A DNA stretch of 63,502 nucleotides, filler included, from Welwitschia mirabilis (taxonomy: Eukaryota): the NCBI GenBank assembly GCA_051453625.1. It is 5 parts of one record of this genome, joined end to end, with 100 filler letters (N's around TTAATTAATTAA, not from the genome) between each part and the next. Parts side by side here need not be neighbours in the genome. Positions count along the whole stretch, not along the records: positions 1 to 24,234 come from JBOZIK010000001.1; 4 more parts are not named here. One strand, written 5' to 3'. Position 1 is the stretch's first letter. The number at the start of each line of letters is the position of its first letter. This document shows positions 1 to 12,700 of this stretch, piece after piece. Below the pieces are notes generated by a model that saw only the letters and a program-made list of their open reading frames with translations, ran no database searches and was not told the DNA's origin. The translations under genes were made by a program, and so were the position numbers.

Positions 1-19
1 TAAAGAGATTCTCAATCTT

Positions 20-319
20 ATGAAACATTCTCAAAAGCACTTCAAGATTTCTTGGATCCATTCTTTGAGTAGTACTTTGATTGAATTATCTAATGATACT
101 CATACTTTACACTATCTTCATAAGAGATTATTTATCAATGAAATGTATCACTTCTTTATCTCTTATTTAGACTCTAAACTTTGTGCTCTCAAAGTTTTAT
201 CATTTTACTTTCTTTATCTCCAATTGATTTTACTCCAAAATGATTCCATACCATTTATGTTTTATCAATTGGTTTCTATTTGGTTTGTCCCTTATTTTTT
301 TGAAAAATATAATACCTAA
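20..319 (+). pseudogene. C-terminal fragment of the unknown ORF of the gag-pol-less Athila-like family
   Basis: HKRLFINEMYHFFISYL resembles KKRLFCHELYEFFISYI in ORF 59413..59748 (-). DNA homology to ~53370-53560. Confidence 0.55.
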
Positions 320-1594
320 GTGCATTTTTTACACAACTAGTTAAAGTTCTTAATAATTAGGTTCTTATCTTTCAGACAAAGTACATTTTAAATGGCTATG
401 TTGAATCTTCTAATCTAAACACTTAGGAAATTCAGAAGTTAATGGATAAAATGTTAAGAATCATTGACATATCTCTTAGTAACCTTGAACATGATAGAAG
501 CACTTGTGTTGGAATTTTTTTCTTGCCATTATCTAAATTCTTTTTTAGCTGATTTCTTTGGTAAATATCATGCTATCACTTAAAGATCTTTAACTTGACT
601 AATGTTTTACCTTATAAAGTTACCAAGATTAGTAAATATTTTACTTGGGAATTTTCAATGATAATATTAGTTTCACCTAGTCTTTAGAAATTTATATGTC
701 TATGAGCTTTATTTTAAAGGAAGATGTCTTGATTCTTTTGTTTTTTTCAATGGTATAAGTAATCAGTTATTTTAGCATGTTCTTCCTTGTTATTTATCTC
801 CTCACTTCACTTTTATTCTTATGAGTATTTGGTCATGTNNNNNNNNNNNNNNNNNNNNNNNNNNNNNNNNNNNNNNNNNNNNNNNNNNNNNNNNNNNNNN
901 NNNNNNNNNNNNNNNNNNNNNNNNNNNNNNNNNNNNNNNNNNNNNNNNNNNNNNNNNNNNNNNNNNNNNNNNNNNNNNNNNNNNNNNNNNNNNNNNNNNN
1001 NNNNNNNNNNNNNNNNNNNNNNNNNNNNNNNNNNNNNNNNNNNNNNNNNNNNNNNNNNNNNNNNNNNNNNNNNNNNNNNNNNNNNNNNNNNNNNNNNNNN
1101 NNNNNNNNNNNNNNNNNNNNNNNNNNNNNNNNNNNNNNNNNNNNNNNNNNNNNNNNNNNNNNNNNNNNNNNNNNNNNNNNNNNNNNNNNNNNNNNNNNNN
1201 NNNNNNNNNNNNNNNNNNNNNNNNNNNNNNNNNNNNNNNNNNNNNNNNNNNNNNNNNNNNNNNNNNNNNNNNNNNNNNNNNNNNNNNNNNNNNNNNNNNN
1301 NNNNNNNNNNNNNNNNNNNNNNNNNNNNNNNNNNNNNNNNNNNNNNNNNNNNNNNNNNNNNNNNNNNNNNNNNNNNNNNNNNNNNNNNNNNNNNNNNNNN
1401 NNNNNNNNNNNNNNNNNNNNNNNNNNNNNNNNNNNNNNNNNNNNNNNNNNNNNNNNNNNNNNNNNNNNNNNNNNNNNNNNNNNNNNNNNNNNNNNNNNAA
1501 AGAAAAAAGAAAAAGAAAAGAAAAGAAAAAAAAAGAAAGAAAAAAAAATAATTCAGGCCATACCCTGTCATGTTATATCTTAAAATATGGCCCT

Positions 1595-1749
1595 CATGAT
1601 GTCCTACTGCAAGCGCACTAAGGCAAATAATCCCTAGAGGGGTCTTTGGCAGTGTGATATGGTAGCTATGGGAACTCCACCGGGAGATTAGTTGGCCATG
1701 CTATGTAGGTCCTTATTCCTTTCATAGTGGTTGCACTCCCCTCATCATA
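1595..1749 (+). ncRNA. Candidate structured cis-acting RNA element, copy 1
   Basis: CATGATGTCCTAC...CAGTGTGATATGGTAGCT...GTGGTTGCACTCCCCTCATCATA. One of six homologous copies with conserved helices. Function is inferred only. Confidence 0.5.
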
Positions 1750-3350
1750 GTAAGAATAAAATTGTAGTTAGAGGTTACGGGATCAGTGGTGTCCTTGGTA
1801 TCATTAGAGGCATTGCTTGTTTTTTAGCCTTATTTTTATTTATTTATATAACCTCTACATGGTCACTTTACTTTTTTGGATTCTAGTGTTGTTTTGAAAT
1901 GATAGCTTGTAAGTTCCTGTTTTAACATCTTTTTATCTTATCATTTATTGGTTAATAATATTAGACATACTTGACATCGTCATAATCATTATGCATTCGA
2001 GTGGAACTTTATGAATTTTTATATTATGTCATGCATCATTATTAGGTGATTTTATGATTTTTTCCAAGGGACTTTACTAAAGATTAATTTTGGGTAGGTA
2101 AGCAAATCTTTTTCATGTTCCTAGTTGTCCATTTTTTATTATATTTTTCTTAGTTATTTATTTGGGATTTTCAAAGTTATTACAATATCTTTTTCTATAT
2201 TATAATTAGAATCTAATCATTTGGTAGCTCTCTAGTTGTCTTTTTATTTTCACTCATAGGTTTTCTTTATAAGGGCTATTTTTCTTTTTCACACTATTAA
2301 TTGATGCATTTCTTTTAACTCAACTAATGTGATCTTTTTGTGCTAACGTTTTTGTTGTCTGGTTGTATGGTTTTGCATTTATCCACTTACAGATTTTCTC
2401 ACACTCTTGGATTTAAGAATACATTGGAGGAATACTTATGAGCATTTCTATATTTAATGCATGACTATGATCTCATTAGTTTCTTCTTTAAGGTTCTATT
2501 TTTAAAGATTAGTTCTTTATATTTTTCTTCTTTTTATTTTTTTTGCCATGTCTCTAATACTTGCTTGCTGTTAAAATTTTCTAGAATTTTTTCTAAATAG
2601 TCNNNNNNNNNNTCATCCACACTACAGAAGGGACGACAGTCATCCTTTTTTCTTTGTGCAATCCAAAACGTCTTGCTTTTCCTTTGAGAGGGATGCAGGA
2701 TAGCTCTCTGAGCTTTTTTCTAAAATATTACAGCAAAAATATATCATTTTTAAGGATTATTTTGAGCTTGGATGATGCATATTTATAATGTATTGTTTGG
2801 ACATGATTCCATATTACTTGAGTACATTTCATGGAATTTATTTAGCAGGAGTTCTGATCATTTAAAAGAATNNNNNNNNNNTTTTTTACCCTTGTAGAAA
2901 ATATTAATGAGCTTTTCATGCATTATTTTTTGATATTATTACTACTTAAGCTTACATATCAATTTCAGCATTATTTCTACACATTTTCAATTTTTCTGAA
3001 CTATCACTCTAACTTGTTATGTGTATGACATTTATTTGGACTGTTGTAATGAGTTTAAGTAGGGGGCTTATAACTACAGTAGTAATTGTATTAATGAATT
3101 GTTATCCTCTATTCCTGCATAATAAATAGAATTGAAATTCCATTTCTTTAGTTGATGATTATCTTAGTCAAATTAGCTTACAATCTAGTTGATCGCCTAC
3201 TTTGTCAGGAATTGATAAGGCTAAGTAGGGNNNNNNNNNNNNNNNNNNNNNNNNNNNNNNNNNNNNNNNNNNNNNNNNNNNNNNNNNNNNNNNNNNNNNN
3301 NNNNNNNNNNNNNNNNNNNNNNNNNNNNNNCTAGTTGATCGCCTACTTTG

Positions 3351-3381
3351 TCAGGAATTGATAAGGCTAAGTAGGGGGCTA
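3351..3381 (+). promoter_or_regulatory. Athila-type polypurine tract region
   Basis: TCAGGAATTGATAAGGCTAAGTAGGGGGCTA directly before the LTR TGTT. The same motif abuts LTRs on the minus strand at 23050, 41305, 51612 and 57180. Confidence 0.8.
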
Positions 3382-3950
3382 TGTTTCGATGCTGATTTGT
3401 AGGAATTTGATGGTGTATTTGGAGTACTTTTGCAAGACATTTATATAGGTTTAGATGCAGTTCTACTAATTATAGAGAGATAATACGATAATCATGAAAA
3501 CTTGTAATTCTTGGCATAATTGGAGTCATTTCAGGCATGTTCTGATACTTAGCATATTGAAAGAGGACTAAAGGTGAAGAAGACCAATTTACACTATTTT
3601 AGGAGCTTGAGAAGAGTGTTGTTCCCACTAACATCCCTACAACAAAGGGGATGACAGCTCATTAACATAGCTACATAGGAGCAGTACATGGGCAACACTT
3701 AAATAGCAGCACATGTTGATAAGGCATTGTTCTTTAGGTCATCTGGATGACAGGTAAGATGATGAATGTGAGTACAACTCACGGGGCTGATAGTAGATAT
3801 GGGCATGCAATCCAAGGAATCATCCACTCTATCATATGAATGACAGATAGGATGACAGAATCAATAACATGTGTAGGTAACCCATGGGATCATAGGCACA
3901 CAACCTAAGCTGGTAAGGTGGTGTCGTCCCCTATGTTGTATGGATGATAT
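3382..3950 (+). repeat. Athila LTR, 5' part only (truncated)
   Basis: Starts TGTTTCGATGC and aligns with the reverse complement of the LTR end at ~8000-8245 (shared ATTTATATAGGTTTAGATGCA). Confidence 0.75.
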
Positions 3951-3954
3951 GTAG

Positions 3955-6670
3955 GACTTTAAGATTACATAAATTTGTACTATAATAATGTGTTCTTCAT
4001 CCTCAGACTTAACACAATGTGCTTTAGTAGGATCATCATATAAAGTTGGTTTATGTAGCATGATCAATCTCTCCTCAATGNNNNNNNNNNNNNNNNNNNN
4101 NNNNNNNNNNNNNNNNNNNNNNNNNNNNNNNNNNNNNNNNNNNNNNNNNNNNNNNNNNNNNNNNNNNNNNNNNNNNNNNNTTAGACTTAAGATAGTGTGT
4201 TTTAGTAGGATCATCATATAAAGTTGGTTTATGTAGCATGATCAATCTCTCCTCAATGGTCGATGTTGTAAAAATAAGGTTTATTTTAGTTCATCTTCTA
4301 AGTTAAACACATTTCATATGTTATTTTCAATAGCATTAAAAACTCTAATGGTAAACTAATTATTACTAAAATAACATTCCATCGTCCTAGATCATGTATC
4401 AATGATACAATGGGTAGTTGCATAAAAAGCTCTTCTCAAAATGAGTGGATAACCTCCATCATGTTCTACCTTAATGATGAAAACATCTATGGGATAAAAG
4501 GCTTACTCAGTTTGGATAACTAAGTCTTTGATAATTCCTAATGGTTTTTTAATTAAGGTTTCAACCATTTCTAGAATAATTCATGTAGGTTTTATCCTTT
4601 ATTTTAACCCAAGTCTCTTATATATGTGGAAAGGCATGATGTTTACAATTGCTCCTATGTTAATTAAAGATTTTTAAACCCTTTTGTTTATTTCTAAAGT
4701 AATAGTAATAGTTGTAACTCTAGGATCTTTTAATCTAGAACACTTTTCCATGACTAAGTTGGAAAGATATTGAGTAATAAAAACTTTACTAGAAATGATA
4801 CATTTCTATTTTCTTCTTACTAAGTCCTTCTACAACTTGGAATATTTTGGATTTTCTCGTAAGAGTTTTTAAAAGGAAAGTTGATGTTTACTTCTTGAAT
4901 TAAAGTTTTTAAGTGCTTATTAAAGGTAGGATTTATATTTATTTAATCAAGTCAAGGAGTGGATGTTTCATTCCTTTATTTTCTTATGAGAAATTCTTAG
5001 TAAAAGTTTTAGTAAGTGATGTTGAAGGAAAGGTGTATGAATCCAAAATTTTTACATCATCTTCTTCATTTATTTCATTGTTTTTTGAAGTTAAAACCTT
5101 ATGGGTTGGAGGTATTATATCATTTTCACTTCATGTTAATATCTTTAAATCTTCCTTGACTTTATTTGAATTGGGTAAAGGTTGATATGCAAGGGATCCG
5201 TATGGTATTTGATTAGCAAGAATTGTTTTTTGGAGTTTTCAATGTTTTTATTAGTTTTTTCTTAACTCTTATCATTTTTTATATAGATTCTCTAAGTGAA
5301 TCATTTTGATTTTATTGGAAGTTGAAGTTATTTGATTGTAAGTTTAAGTTTTTGAATCTATTCTCAAATAGTTTTCATTTTGATTTTTCACCTACTTTTT
5401 GTCGAACTTGTGATTCATTTTTAAAGTTGGGTGTTCTTTAGTTGAATGCATAAACTTCCTAAAACATCCTCTCCTTACAAATTGATAACAAGGGGCACTC
5501 TTTAGTTGCATGAGATTTATCTTCACAAGTTTCAACATTTGAATTTAAGTTTTCATTCTTTACTATTTTTTCATCAACTATCATTTGCGTATACTTCTTT
5601 AAATTGGTAGTAAAATCTTTCATCAAGTTGGTTGAGTTCTCTCTTTCATTTTCCTTATCATGTTTAAGTTCTTTTAAATCTTTTAAGATTTAACCTACAA
5701 TTTAATTTTCTTTAGTCAATTTAGGCCAAGTTTGACTTATTTCTATAAGGTTTTCCAACACACTCCATGATTCTTCTAGGACTAATTTCAATAGGTTGCC
5801 TCCATAAGAAAAATTCACAAGTTGGTTAGTTTAATAATTTAATCTACTATTGAAATAATCCATTAACTCTTCCTTACAAAATTCATCAATAAGGTTGGAA
5901 TGACTAGCTATAATAAAAAATTCATAAGCTATGGCATAATCCTAATGAGATTGTTATTGAGAGTTGATTACTTCTTTTATTCTTTTTCTCATAGAACTTT
6001 CACTTAAAAATTGTTTGATAAATACTTCTTGCACTTGACTCTAAGACTTAAGATTTTTATGTGGAATAGCTATAAGCTGAATTTTTTCCCGTTCTCTAAA
6101 TGTGACTAAAAAGATATTCATGTAGGTATAGTCACTAATACATTTCTTCTCATTTCTTGAGATAAGCACAAGTTGTTCAATGTCAGCTAAATGTTGAAAA
6201 AGGTCTTCCTTAGGTTCCTCCTAGAAAGTTAGATAATCACTTAAATTTCTTAATTCTACATCATTTATGGAAGGTAAATCAAAAGGGTTTTGAATTTCAC
6301 ATTTTCTATTAGCATTAAGTCTCTAAGAGTAATGTTTGCATTCAAGGAAGAAGTTTCTATTACGATTTGGATATTAAATGAAGCAACTTGCTTTTTTTAT
6401 TTTTTTTGTTATAAGGATTATGATACTTTCAACATGTTTAAAAAAGAAATGACATGATCTATTTCTGTACTATAATTTTATTTTGTAAAATCTGATTCTA
6501 AAATAATAAAAGCAAAAAAAATATTTTTTTTAATTTTGAGAATTTCTATACCTAGAATGTGTGTACCAGGATTTCATTTGAAGTCAAATAATCCTTCTCT
6601 AATGTTTTCTTCAATCAAGTTTCACTCTTTCTGATATTTTATCTTTTTACTAGAATTCATCATGTTCCTA
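3955..6670 (-). pseudogene. gag-pol: Athila gag-protease remnant
   Basis: Minus-strand translation gives DYLTF*EEPKEDLFQHLADIE (gag), LVNFSYGGNL (gag) and SLINIGAIVNIMPFHIYKRLGL (aspartic protease, ALxDLGASVNLMP type). Many stops. Confidence 0.85.
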
Positions 6671-7122
6671 CATGCTTAGACAGTAAACAAAAGTCAAAAT
6701 AAAAAATAATAGACTATCATCCACTTAGTCATAAGGATGATAGGGAGGACAATGACTCCACTCATAAAAAACTGAAACTGAGAAACTTAGAAAAATTACA
6801 AAAACTTAAAAAAAAAAAAGACTATCATTCAGGCTGTTGTGAGGACATTAGATAAGATAACAGTACCTTTATTACTAAACTACAAATAAAACAAAAATTA
6901 TAAAAACAAAACATAATTTTAAAATTTTAGATCTATCATTCCTAATATCATTAAGATGAAGAGAGAACAATAAAAACCCTACAAGCTATAAAAATAAAAA
7001 TTGCTAAAATAAATCTACTCTAAGCTATGATAAAAATACAACTCTAATTTAAATAAATAACTTGAATAGAAAATTCAAGGTACCTATTTAGAAAGTAATA
7101 ATTCTCCCCCTTCTTACCATCT

Positions 7123-7140
7123 CCTCTACCAATGGCATAA
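7123..7140 (-). promoter_or_regulatory. Degenerate tRNA-Asp primer binding site
   Basis: TTATGCCATTGGTAGAGG versus canonical TGGCGCCGTTGCCGGGGA, 3 nt from the LTR end. Confidence 0.65.
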
Positions 7141-7143
7141 AAA

Positions 7144-8245
7144 TGTTGTGGTGTGTATTTATGCAATGTTAAAGTCCTTTAAGTAAATCTGTAAATCAAA
7201 ATACTTGTAGAAAAATAGACACTAGTATAAACAGGAGTTTACTTAAATGTTGATATCTCAATAAAGGCACTAGGATCAGAGTTAAAGCATTTATTTTTAA
7301 AGGTATTTTTAGTCTTTTTATCTTTGAATGACTAAAAGTAAATAATAAAGTAAAATGTAATGCAAAGTGAATGGAGATGAAATGCAAATGGAAGTGTAAT
7401 AAAAATGAAATAATAAAGCAAATCTAAACTAGCATAATCAACCTTGAAAAAGGTTGCTCTTATAATTTAAATAAATTATAGAATTATCACTTAAAATATA
7501 ACCAACTTAAACCATAAAAGATATAAATAGAATTAAAATGAAAAGAGTAATTATATTGATTTACAAAACTTTGCATCCACTTACAACAAAGTAGCAGCAC
7601 CTCAAAGGAAGAGACTCAGCCTAATACTAAGGGAACTAGATACTGGATGAATCTCTTATTTTTTAACCTTCTATCACAAGCATGTCAAGTACAAAAAATG
7701 GAAACAGAGATGAGGAAGGGGAAGGATATTAACAGTTTCCCATTGAAGTTCTAAAAGCTCAACCATAAAAGTCAGAAAATAAATGCTAAAAGCCTAAATG
7801 GATCTCATGATCCCATTACAAAGTTAAATATTTTTTACCATTAAAAAAATAGCTATCATCCTAAATGTTATAAGCATAATAGAGGGGACATTACTCTATG
7901 TCAAAAGGTACTCCATCAGCTTCAAGCCCTACTATCAACCCTAGAGCTTCTATCCACATCAGTAGTGCTATCGTCCTATCTATCATAGGAATGACAGAGG
8001 GGATAACAGGCTTCTTTATCTTTAATATCAATAAGGAATTAATCTTCTATATGGTAAATCCTTCTTTCAAAGTATATATTATTAGAATAAACTTGAGAAG
8101 CCTTCAAAAATGCTAAGAATCACATGTTTCAATTACCATCCTATCAGTTCTTTATAATTATTGGTATTGCATCTAAACCTATATAAATATCTTGTAAAAA
8201 CACTCCATATACACCATTAAATTGCTACAAATTGGCATAATAACA
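7144..8245 (-). repeat. Athila 5' LTR of A1
   Basis: + strand termini TGTTGTGG...ATAACA. Homologous to the other LTRs and adjacent to a PBS. Confidence 0.85.
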
Positions 8246-9692
8246 AGGGGATAGATCTTTTTTAGTTATCAAAGGTTTTTTCAGATCATTTTATAAAAAC
8301 ATATACTTCATACTACTATGTAAAAGTTTCATATTTAGATTTAAATTTAGATTTTTATTTTTTGTTAAATTTTACGAAAATTCACTATCGTCTCAGACTA
8401 TTAGCTGAATATATATAGTAAATGAACATCCTTAAAATAAAAATCTTAATTTTACTCAAATCTCATACTTCTACATAGTTGATGGACTTAGTCTTTCTAC
8501 TCTCTAGATTACAATAATCAGCTTCTAAATGGTTAAAATCAAGTTGATATTTATCAAAATATTTTAAGTTATATACTTCAAGTTGATCATTAAATAAAAT
8601 TAGTTCATGAAGCATTAACCATCTTTCCTTAAGTGAATGGTGTTATAAAAATAAAGTCGATTTCATCTTTTCTTCCACATTTAAATCATTACTTAAATCC
8701 TTTTTAGTAGCATCAAAAATTATTATTAAAACTTCTTATTCCCTAAATGATACTACATCATTTATGTTCTCGTATCTATAATACAATGGACTATTATACA
8801 AAAAGCTCTACCTAGAAGTAATGGATAATGACTATTATGTTTAACTTCAATCACAATCACATCACTAAAGTAAAATGATTCTTCAATTTAAATCACTAAA
8901 TCCTTAATCATACCTAAAGGTTTCTTAATTAATGTATCTACTTATTTTAGGACAATCCTTGTAGGCTCTATTCTACTTTCCAACCTAATTCATTAACAAA
9001 TATGTAAGGTATAATGTTGACAATTTCTTTTTTTTATTTTTGTTTTCTTCCATAGTGACATTAATAGTTGATATCCTTAGATATTTAAACTTTGGACATT
9101 TCTGTAAAACTAAGTTGTTAATGGATTGAGCTAAGAAGACTTTACTAGGGATGGTTTGTTTTTACTTCCTTGTAATTAGATATTTTCACAACCTAGAATA
9201 TTTAGAATTTTCTTACAAAAGTTTCTAAAATGGTAAATTTATGCTCATGTTTTTCATTAAGCCTTTAATATTTTTATCAAAAATAGGATTTGTTTTAATC
9301 TATCAAACAAAGGGGTAGCAAGTTTCTTGGCTTTTTTATGAGAAGAATGTTTCTTTTTATTACTTAAAGGAGAAGGAAAAGAATGATTTTTTAAAATTTC
9401 TATATCCTTTTTTTTATTATTTTTATCACTTTAAGATGTTTAAGCCTTATGAGTAGGAGGTGTTCTCTTATTTCTACTTCTTATCATAATATTATAATCT
9501 TTTTTAACTTCATTTAGATTTGGTAGAGATTGTGTGGTAAGTGATCCTGTGGTTTTTGGTTATCAAGTATGATTTGTTATAAAATACTCATAAGAGTTTC
9601 AAGGTTGGAATTTGTTCTTTCTTAGGTTTTTATCCATTGATTGATGGAATTCCTAAGTGGATCACTTTAAGTTTTTGAGTTGGATGAGCTTG
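8246..9692 (-). pseudogene. gag-pol: Athila fragment A2: gag tail, protease and pre-RT linker
   Basis: Diverged colinear homologue of ~11440-12900. Cut by A1 on the left and by a gap on the right. Confidence 0.8.
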
Positions 9693-9792
9693 NNNNNNNN
9701 NNNNNNNNNNNNNNNNNNNNNNNNNNNNNNNNNNNNNNNNNNNNNNNNNNNNNNNNNNNNNNNNNNNNNNNNNNNNNNNNNNNNNNNNNNNN

Positions 9793-12700
9793 CAAGATAT
9801 TAGATTTTTCCCAATTAGATATACATTTTCACATAATTAGGTCTCTACACCTATGATACAAATATGGTTCAATTCATTCATAGCCACCTATTCCATGGAG
9901 AAAGGTTTTACATTTATTATCAATCTAATGTTATGGCGTTTTCATGGTAACAAGGTAATTAACAATATCAACATACCAAGAAGAAGAATAAGAAGAAGAC
10001 ATAGCAAAAAGTTATTCATTTAGAAAAGAATCATCAATCATAGAATCACTAAGAGAAGAAGAAAGATAAGACAAATAATTAGCAACCCAATTATACTTTC
10101 CTACTTTACCAATGATGGTTAAGTTAAATTCTTATATGAGTAGGATCTATCTAATCAATCTAGTACTTTAATCTTTTTTAATCATAAGGTAACGAATTAT
10201 GGCATGATCTGTATAAATATTTGTATGAAAGCCTAAAAGATAATGTCTAAGCATATCAAGGCAAAACATAATTGTTAACATTTCCTTATCTATAGTAGTG
10301 TAATTTATTTTAATTCTATATAGGATTTTTATATGTTAAGATATAAATTTAAAATCATTTCCATATTTTTAATAAAGTACCCCACCCACAAAAAAATTAC
10401 TAGCATCACATATCAAATCAAAATATTTTTTTCCAATCAGGTCCCATTACAATAGGAGCATAAGAAATTTTACATTTAAGTATATCAAAAGCAAGTTGAC
10501 AAGATTCATTCCATTCAAATTTAGCTTCTTTTTTTTAGTAATAAGTGAAGGCATTTATAAAAGCTTATATAATTCTAAATAAACTAATGATAAAAACAAT
10601 AATAATCAAGAAAGGATCTAACTTGTTTAATATTTATTGGAAAATTTGGTTTTGAATGATACCAACCGTTTTAAAGCCCATCCTAATCCCCTTTTTTGAA
10701 ATATGATGATCTAAAATAATTCCACTTTCAACTAAAAATAAACTTTTATCCCAACTTAAATGTAGGCCACTAGAAATGCATCTATAAAGGACTTTCTCTA
10801 ATATTTATAAGATTTGTCCAAAATTCTTAGCATAAATAGAGAAGTCATCTATAACAATTTCTATTGAATCCTCTAACATATCAGAAGAAATACCTATCAT
10901 AGCACATTGAAAATACCATAATCATTGCAAAGTATAAAATACATGCATAAAAACAAAATACCACAAGGTAAAGTAAAAATAGTTTTGGCTTAATTCCCAC
11001 TAGCAATATGAACCTGATTGTACCCATTATATCCATGAATAAAAATAATAAAAAGTGTATCCTTGTATTCTGTCAAATATCTAACCAAGAAAAGGAAAAG
11101 GATAATGATCTTTTCTTGTTACTTTATTTAATTTTCTAAAACCAATGCACATAATTAACATCCCAATTTTTTAGGTACTCTCATCAAAGGACTAATCCAC
11201 TCACTATCACCTATGGCATAAATGATTCTAACATCCATTAATTTTATGATTTCATATTTAATAACTTATTTAAGGAATACATTAAGTCTACTTTGGGGCT
11301 CTCTAATAGATTTTGCATTATTCTCAAGGTAGATTTTTATGTTGAATAATTGAGATAGGAATGGCTATTAATTCTTTATGGGACTAAACAAATGCATTTA
11401 TTCATAGATTGAAAAATTAAGATTAAACTTGATTCTTATAAAGGGGATATATTTTTGTTGATTATTAAAGTTTTTTTAGATCATTATATAGTATTTTAGT
11501 CTACTAAGTAAAGGTTATAGATTTATATTTTAATTTTGATTTTAATTTAGATTTTTATTTTATATTAAATTTTTAAGAAAATTCAATATTGTATTAGAAT
11601 GTCATATGAATGTTAGTAGTAGATGACCACCCTTAGAATAAGAAATCTTAGTTTTACTCAGATCTTAAACTTTTGCATAATTAACAGACTTAGTTTTTTA
11701 CTCTCCAAATCAAAATAATCAATTTCTAATTGGTTAAAATTAAGCTTATTTCATCAAAAGATTTCAAGTTATTTACTTTAAGTTGATCATCAAATAAAGT
11801 TGGTTCATAAAGGATTAATCATCTTTCTTTAAGTGGATAGTGCTATAAAAAAAAGCTGGTTTCATCTCTTCTTTCATACTTGAATCATCACCTAAATCTT
11901 TTTTAGTTGCATTAAATACTATTATTGAAAACTTCTTATTACCTAAATAACACTCCTCAATCCTATTATAGTATCTATAATATAATAAGATATTGCACAA
12001 AAATATCTACCTAGAAGTAAAGGATAATCACTGTTATGTTCAAATTATATAATAACCACATCAATAGGGTAGAATTCTTCTTTAATTTGAATGACTAAAT
12101 CCTTAGTCATGCCTAAAGGTTTCTTAACAGATGTATCCACTAATTCTAAGATAATATTTATAGGATCTATTCTACTTTTCAACCCAAGTTGTTAATAAAT
12201 ATGTAAGAGTATAATGTTGACACTAGTTACAATATCAATCAAGACTTTTATTATTCTTATATTTACTTCTAAAGTCATACTAATAGTTACTAGTCCTAGA
12301 TCTTTAAAATTTAGACACTTCTATAAAACTAAGTTGTTAATGGATTGAGCTAGGGAGATTTTACTAGGGGTGGATCATTTTTATTTCCTCCTAATCAAGT
12401 CTCTCCATAACTTAAAATACTTAGGGTTCTCTTGAAAAAGTTTCTAAATTGATAAATTGATACTCACATTTTGCATTAAGGCTTTTAAATGTTTATCAAA
12501 GGTAGGATTTGTATTTAATCTATTAAGTCATGGAGTAGCAGGCTTTTATTGAAAGAAATTTTCTTTTTATTATTTAAAGAAGAAGGGAAAAATGATTTTC
12601 TATAATTTCTATATCTCTGCTTTATCATTTTTATCACTTTGAAATGTTAAAGACTTATGTTTAGGAGGTGTTATCTTATTTCCACTTCTTATCATAATAT

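Larger units (their letters stand above)
1..3950 (+). mobile_element. 3' half of an Athila-like element of the gag-pol-less family (unknown ORF end, 3' UTR, PPT, truncated 3' LTR)
   Basis: 1-830 is homologous to ~53300-54230 (+) and ~58380-59450 (-). It carries the conserved motif at 1595 and a PPT followed by TGTT at 3382. The right boundary is approximate. Confidence 0.75.
3955..8245 (-). mobile_element. Athila element A1: 5' LTR, PBS, gag, protease; 3'-truncated
   Basis: LTR 7144-8245, degenerate Asp-PBS, gag and protease motifs. Inserted into the pol region of fragment A2, which resumes at 8246. Confidence 0.85.

Noticed and set aside
787-1621. Long ORFs spanning N runs (also ~18970-19554, 26206-26892, 40196-42037, 44876-45670, 50574-51049)
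   Set aside because: They are open only because Ns contain no stops.
3185-3377. Direct repeats flanking N gaps (also ~4004-4258, 19022-19549, 36646-36830, 44996-45620, 60378-60547, 61616-61873)
   Set aside because: Near-identical sequence on both sides of a gap indicates unmerged contig overlaps.
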